A stretch of 64,000 bases of DNA, from assembly GCA_965205265.1 (NCBI GenBank), contig CBDBGH010000003.1:2848001-2912000 (forward strand), written 5' to 3'. The notes beneath the pieces were generated by a model, which saw nothing but the letters and a program-made list of their open reading frames with translations, was not told where the DNA came from and ran no database searches. The position numbers were made by a program, and so were the translations under genes. Shown here in pieces: positions 59,715 to 64,000 of the stretch (position 1 is its first letter; each line of letters begins with the position of its first letter). Origin of the DNA: Alphaproteobacteria bacterium (GTDB lineage: Bacteria > Pseudomonadota > Alphaproteobacteria > Bin95).

Positions 59715-60428
59715 ATGGCGTATCTCTTCGAGACCAGCACCGGCCGGATGGGGTCGCGCTTCATGAGCCTGCAGGTTCCTCCCGACTGCTTCCGGGACAT
59801 GGCGCGGATCGACTGGAGCGAGTGTTTCAAGCGGGTCTTTATCGACCCCGTGACGGGATCGATTTCGTTCATGGCGCCCTCGGCGTCGCATGAGAACCGG
59901 TCATCCAGTTCGGACCTTGTCATGATGTCGCTCGACCGCAAGGGCTTTCCCGTCCACGGCTTGGGATCGACGCGCTTCCGCGGCCCCGGCGACAGGGAGG
60001 CCGAACCCGATGCGTGCTATTACGTCGGCATAAAGGTCGGGTGTTATCTCGCTGCGGTCGAGGAAGGCAATGAGGCGCTGGACCGGTTCGCCCGCGAAAC
60101 GCCGCCCGACCTGGTGCTGGAAGTCGAGCGCAGCCATGCCGACCGCGGCAAGCCGTCCTTCTACCGGGATCTGGGCGTCACCGAAATGTGGCGGCTCGAT
60201 ATGTCCGAAAACGACCGCGACGAAGTGGCGTTTCTGGACCTGCAGGCGCCGGGCGGCCCCGCTCCGGCAGGCTCCAGCATCGTGCTTCCCGGCGCAACGC
60301 CGGCGTTCATTCTCGAAGCGCTCGGGCTTGCGGCGCGGCGGCGCTACGAAGAGCTGGACGCCCTGCTCGACCGGTTGCTGGCGGATATGAGGCAGGCGGG
60401 GCCGGCGAACCGCATTATCGAGTCGTAG
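59715..60428 (+). CDS. Uma2-family (PD-(D/E)xK) putative endonuclease
   Basis: GSTRF, EPDACYY, PPDLVLEVE and YRDLGVTEMW motifs; GGAGG SD before ATG 59715 (alternative start 59682). Confidence 0.8.
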   Translation: MAYLFETSTGRMGSRFMSLQVPPDCFRDMARIDWSECFKRVFIDPVTGSISFMAPSASHENRSSSSDLVMMSLDRKGFPVHGLGSTRFRGPGDREAEPDACYYVGIKVGCYLAAVEEGNEALDRFARETPPDLVLEVERSHADRGKPSFYRDLGVTEMWRLDMSENDRDEVAFLDLQAPGGPAPAGSSIVLPGATPAFILEALGLAARRRYEELDALLDRLLADMRQAGPANRIIES

Positions 60429-60464
60429 GGCCGCGTCTCATCGAGTGAATTGAAGGCAACGCCG

Positions 60465-61658
60465 ATGGCGAAGCGGCCGGACCTTCGCCCCGGCGAGTTC
60501 GTGCCGCTCATCGCGTTGCTGATGTCTCTCGTCGCGCTCGCGATAGATGCGATGCTGCCCGCTCTTCCCGCCATCGGCCGGGACCTCGGGGCGGCGTGCC
60601 CGAACGATGTCCAGTTCGTGGTAACGGCCTCCTTCCTGGGGCTCGGCCTCGGGCAGATGATCTTCGGCCCGCTCTCCGACAGCATGGGGCGCAGGCCGGC
60701 CATCAATGCCGGTCTCGCGCTGTTCGCGGTCGGATGCTTCATGAGCCTCTTCGCGCCGGACTTCGAGACGATGCTTGCGGGCCGCGTGCTGCAGGGCTTC
60801 GGGGCGGCGGGGCCGCGGGTCGTGGTCATGGCCCTGGTGCGCGACCGGTACGAGGGCGGCCCGATGGCGCGCATCCTTTCCTTCGCGATGGCCGTTTTCA
60901 TACTCGTCCCGGCCCTCGCCCCGGCGCTCGGACAGGCGGTCCAGTGGCTCGGCGGCTGGCGCGCGATCTTCGCCGCCTTCCTCGCGGTCGCCGGGGTCGC
61001 CTTCGCATGGTTCTGGCTTCGCCAGCCGGAAACGCTGCCGCCCGCGCGCCGCCGGCCGTTTTCCCCGAGGGCCATCGGCGGGGGCGTGCTCGAAGTGCTG
61101 AGGATCCGGGCGTCTCTCGGCTATACGCTGGCCACCGGCTTCGTGTTCGCGGCGTTCGTCACCTATCTGAGCTCTGCCCAGCAAATCTTCCAGGAGGCCT
61201 ACACGACCGGCGCGCTCTTCCCGCTCTATTTCGCCGTGCTCGCGCTCGCCATCGGGGCCGCCTCCCTCGCAAACGGCCGCCTCGTGATGACATACGGCAT
61301 GCAGCGGCTCGTCAGGGCGGCGACGATGGCGATGGCGCTCGTCTCGGCAGCCGGGTGGGCGGCGGCGTTCGCCTTCGGGGGGCTTCCGCCGCTCTGGCTG
61401 TTCATCGCCTGCCTGTTCACCGTGTTTCTCTGCATCGGCCTTCTCTTCGGAAATCTCATTGCTCTTGCAATGGAGCCCCTCGGCCATATCGCCGGCGTCG
61501 GCTCGGCCGTGGTCACGTCCCTTTCCACCTTCATCTCGATACCGCTCGGCGCGGCGGTGGCGCTCGGTTTCGACGGCACGATCTATCCGCTGACCGCCGC
61601 CTTCGCCGTGTTCGGGGCGGCGGCCTGGACCGCAATCCGCTGGGCCGGGAGGACCTGA
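60465..61658 (+). CDS. Bcr/CflA family multidrug efflux MFS transporter
   Basis: ALAIDAMLPALP, GPLSDSMGRRP, RDRYEG..MARI and QPETL motifs. Confidence 0.9.
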   Translation: MAKRPDLRPGEFVPLIALLMSLVALAIDAMLPALPAIGRDLGAACPNDVQFVVTASFLGLGLGQMIFGPLSDSMGRRPAINAGLALFAVGCFMSLFAPDFETMLAGRVLQGFGAAGPRVVVMALVRDRYEGGPMARILSFAMAVFILVPALAPALGQAVQWLGGWRAIFAAFLAVAGVAFAWFWLRQPETLPPARRRPFSPRAIGGGVLEVLRIRASLGYTLATGFVFAAFVTYLSSAQQIFQEAYTTGALFPLYFAVLALAIGAASLANGRLVMTYGMQRLVRAATMAMALVSAAGWAAAFAFGGLPPLWLFIACLFTVFLCIGLLFGNLIALAMEPLGHIAGVGSAVVTSLSTFISIPLGAAVALGFDGTIYPLTAAFAVFGAAAWTAIRWAGRT

Positions 61659-61668
61659 GCCAGAGGGC

Positions 61669-62880
61669 CTATCCCGGCCGCGACAGGCGGTACCAGGCCC
61701 AGGCGAGGAGCTGGAGGGCGAGCAGGCCGCCGAAAGCCGTCCGGTAGGCCTCTTCCGGATAGCGGCCCTCCTCCGCCTCCCAGAAGTCCAGCACGCCGCC
61801 GATGGCGTACTGGATGGCGAAGGCGCCGAGAAAGACCAGCAGGTTGAGCGCGGTATTAGCGCGGCCCGCCAGCACGGAGCCGAAATAGGCCGAGAGATAG
61901 GCATAGGAGAGAATGGTCATCTGGCCGGTCATGGCGAACACGGCCCAGAACGCCGTGGCGGGCGGCCAGAGGCCGAGCACGATGGCGAGCAGCGAGGCGA
62001 GGAAAACCGCCACGATAACCTCGACCACCGCCATCAGGGAGATGCCGCGCCGGTTCGCCCAGTCGCCGAGCGCGCCCGCAAGCAGGATGCCGGCGATGAA
62101 GGCGGCCGCCATCAGGAAGAGCGTCGCGGCGGTCTGCTCCGGGTCGAGGCCGCCCACATCGCGCAGCCAGGGCGCGGCCCAGAGCGTCTGGAGCGCGATA
62201 TGCGCGCCGCAGGTCCCCGCGATGACGGGCGCGAGGCTCCAGAAGGTGCGGTCCCGATAGACATGCGCGATGCCGGCGATCTGCGCCCGGAAGCCGCCGG
62301 CGCTCAGCATGTCCGGCTTCTCGCGCGGCGCCAGCAGGAAGATCGCCGAGGCCGCAAGCGCGACCGCCCCGCCGAGCCCCGCGAACACCGCCCGCCAGCC
62401 CCAGGCCGCCACGGCCATATGCGCAGGCTCCGTCGCCGCCAGCACGCCGAAGCCGCCGAATACCATGACGAGCGCGTTGAACAGTGGCACGCGCTCAGGC
62501 GGCGCCCACAGCACCACCGCCTTGAAGGACGCCATCAGCCCGCCGGCGAAGCCGAGCCCGATCAGGAGGCGCGCGCCCACCAGCATGTCCGCCGACCCAC
62601 CGGCCGCGAACAGGACGGAGCCGAGCGCCGAGACCATGAGCAGGCAGGCCTGCACCCGGCGCGGGCCGAAGCGGTCCAGCAGCACGCCGAGCGGCAGCTG
62701 GAAGGCGCCGAAACCGAACAGGTAGGCGGCGGTAATCAGCCCGAGCCCCTCGGCCGTCACGCCGACATCGCGCTCCAGGTCCGCCACCACCACGGCGTTC
62801 ACCGCGCGCAGCAGGTAGGACATGAAGTAGCCGAGGCCGAAGGGGGCTACGACCGCGGCCCAGAGGCGCCAGGGGCTCAT
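61669..62880 (-). CDS. MFS transporter
   Basis: QLPLGVLLDRFGPRR (motif A); about 12 TM segments. Confidence 0.88.
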   Translation of the reverse strand: MSPWRLWAAVVAPFGLGYFMSYLLRAVNAVVVADLERDVGVTAEGLGLITAAYLFGFGAFQLPLGVLLDRFGPRRVQACLLMVSALGSVLFAAGGSADMLVGARLLIGLGFAGGLMASFKAVVLWAPPERVPLFNALVMVFGGFGVLAATEPAHMAVAAWGWRAVFAGLGGAVALAASAIFLLAPREKPDMLSAGGFRAQIAGIAHVYRDRTFWSLAPVIAGTCGAHIALQTLWAAPWLRDVGGLDPEQTAATLFLMAAAFIAGILLAGALGDWANRRGISLMAVVEVIVAVFLASLLAIVLGLWPPATAFWAVFAMTGQMTILSYAYLSAYFGSVLAGRANTALNLLVFLGAFAIQYAIGGVLDFWEAEEGRYPEEAYRTAFGGLLALQLLAWAWYRLSRPG

Positions 62881-62890
62881 GGACGCTCCC

Positions 62891-63667
62891 TCACATCGCG
62901 GCGATGCCGCCGTCCACGAAGAGCTCCGAGCCGGTGGTGAAGCTGCTCTCGTCGGAGGCGAGGTAGAGGATGGCGTAGGCGACCTCCTCCGCCTGCCCGA
63001 CGCGCCCGATGGGCACCTGGCGGGCGAGCTTCCTCAGCGCCTCTTCCGCCCCGAACCGCTCCTTGTGGCGGTCGAGGATCGGGGTGTCGATGAAGGTCGG
63101 ATGCACGGAGTTGCAGCGGATCGGCAGGCCCTGCCGGGCGCAATGCAGCGCGACCGACTTGGAGAGGTGGCGCACGCCCGCCTTGGCGGAGTTGTAGGCG
63201 GCCATGTTGTGCCCGGCGATGACGCCCGCGATCGAGGAGATGTTGACGATGGCGCCCGCGCCGCCGGTCTCCCGGCAATGGTCTGCAATGGCGGGGATGG
63301 CGTGCTTGCAGCCGAGGAACACGCCGTCGAGGTCTATGGCGTGCACCAGCCGCCACTCCTCCAGCTCGATCTCGGTGACGGGCTTGGTGAGGCCGATGCC
63401 GGCGCTCTGCACCAGGATGTTGAGCCCGCCGAAGCGCTCGACGGTCTCCGCCACGGCCGCCTCCCAGGCCGCCTCGTCGGTCACGTCGTGGCGGATGAAG
63501 GCCGCATCGGCCCCGAGCTCCGCCGCGAGCGCGCGTCCCCTCGCCTCGTCGATATCGGTGATCGCAACCCGCCCGCCCTCGCGCAGGAACATCGCCGCCG
63601 TCGCCGCCCCCAGCCCCGAGGCGCCCCCGGTAATCAGCGCAATCTTGCCTTCGATCCGTCCGGTCAT
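62891..63667 (-). CDS. SDR family oxidoreductase (hydroxysteroid dehydrogenase-like)
   Basis: TGGASGLG, NISS, YNSAK and NSVHP motifs; GGAGG SD before ATG 63667. Confidence 0.92.
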   Translation of the reverse strand: MTGRIEGKIALITGGASGLGAATAAMFLREGGRVAITDIDEARGRALAAELGADAAFIRHDVTDEAAWEAAVAETVERFGGLNILVQSAGIGLTKPVTEIELEEWRLVHAIDLDGVFLGCKHAIPAIADHCRETGGAGAIVNISSIAGVIAGHNMAAYNSAKAGVRHLSKSVALHCARQGLPIRCNSVHPTFIDTPILDRHKERFGAEEALRKLARQVPIGRVGQAEEVAYAILYLASDESSFTTGSELFVDGGIAAM

Positions 63668-63681
63668 GCCGGGTCCTCCCC

Positions 63682-64000
63682 CTATTTCGCGCAGAAGCCG
63701 CCGTCCACGACGAGTTCGGTGCCGTTGACGAAGCTCGACTCCTCCGAGGCGAGAAACAGCACGCATTGCGCGACCTCCTCCGGCCGGCCGATGCGGCCGA
63801 GCGGGATCGCCTCGGCGCGGGCGTCGATGGCGCGCTGGCCGAAGCGCTCGCGGTCGGGGTCGAGGATCGGCGTGTCGATGGGCCCCGGATGCACCGAGTT
63901 CGCGCGGATGTTGTAGCCGCGCCGGCCGCAATGCAGCGCGATGGTCTTGGTGACCATGTGGACGCCCGCCTTGGCGGAGCAGTAGGCCGCATAGACCGCC
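63682..64000 (-). CDS. SDR family oxidoreductase, C-terminal part (runs off the window)
   Basis: YCSAK, RANSVHPGPIDTP and FLASEESSFVNGTELVVDGG; tandem paralog of the downstream SDR. Confidence 0.88.
   Translation of the reverse strand, partial: AVYAAYCSAKAGVHMVTKTIALHCGRRGYNIRANSVHPGPIDTPILDPDRERFGQRAIDARAEAIPLGRIGRPEEVAQCVLFLASEESSFVNGTELVVDGGFCAK

Noticed and set aside
59715-60428. Uma2 nuclease as part of a defence island
   Set aside because: A solitary gene with host-like GC and no methylase, toxin-antitoxin or other defence neighbours; Uma2 genes are commonly scattered.
1-64000. Selenoprotein with in-frame UGA to accompany selC
   Set aside because: The redox proteins inspected (DsbA CGFC, NrdA, GST, Cys-motif proteins) use Cys and appear full length; no UGA read-through candidate was seen by eye, though a systematic SECIS scan was not possible.

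Overview
High-GC (about 70% by eye) bacterial chromosome segment, most consistent with an alphaproteobacterium. The Rhodospirillales-like gene set with many PhyH, CaiB, SDR, LLM and Uma2 genes resembles marine or sponge-associated lineages, but this is inference. About 60 genes are supportable. Housekeeping: thrS-infC-rpmI-rplT-pheS-pheT, icd, nrdA with an upstream NrdR box, ampG, a DsbA-family protein, and a 95-nt tRNA-Sec (selC, UCA anticodon, 8/5 fold). Transport: TRAP, Dpp-type ABC, a fused double ABC, DMTs and MFS. The rest are mostly catabolic enzymes, including a DddP-like M24 enzyme with a divergent LysR and a cytochrome P450. Most notable observations: (i) a translationally coupled operon of a cytochrome c plus two mutually paralogous secreted Cys-motif proteins of unknown function; (ii) a 267-bp duplication of the pheT 3' end bracketing a DUF1624 gene, resembling an integration scar; (iii) a nested repeat in which a TIR/TSD-bounded MITE-like element sits in the loop of a REP palindrome and carries its own REP doublet; (iv) an AT-rich single-gene island; (v) infC starting at ATA. 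No CRISPR array, rRNA, integrase or transposase was seen. All family assignments come from motif recognition by eye, not database searches.
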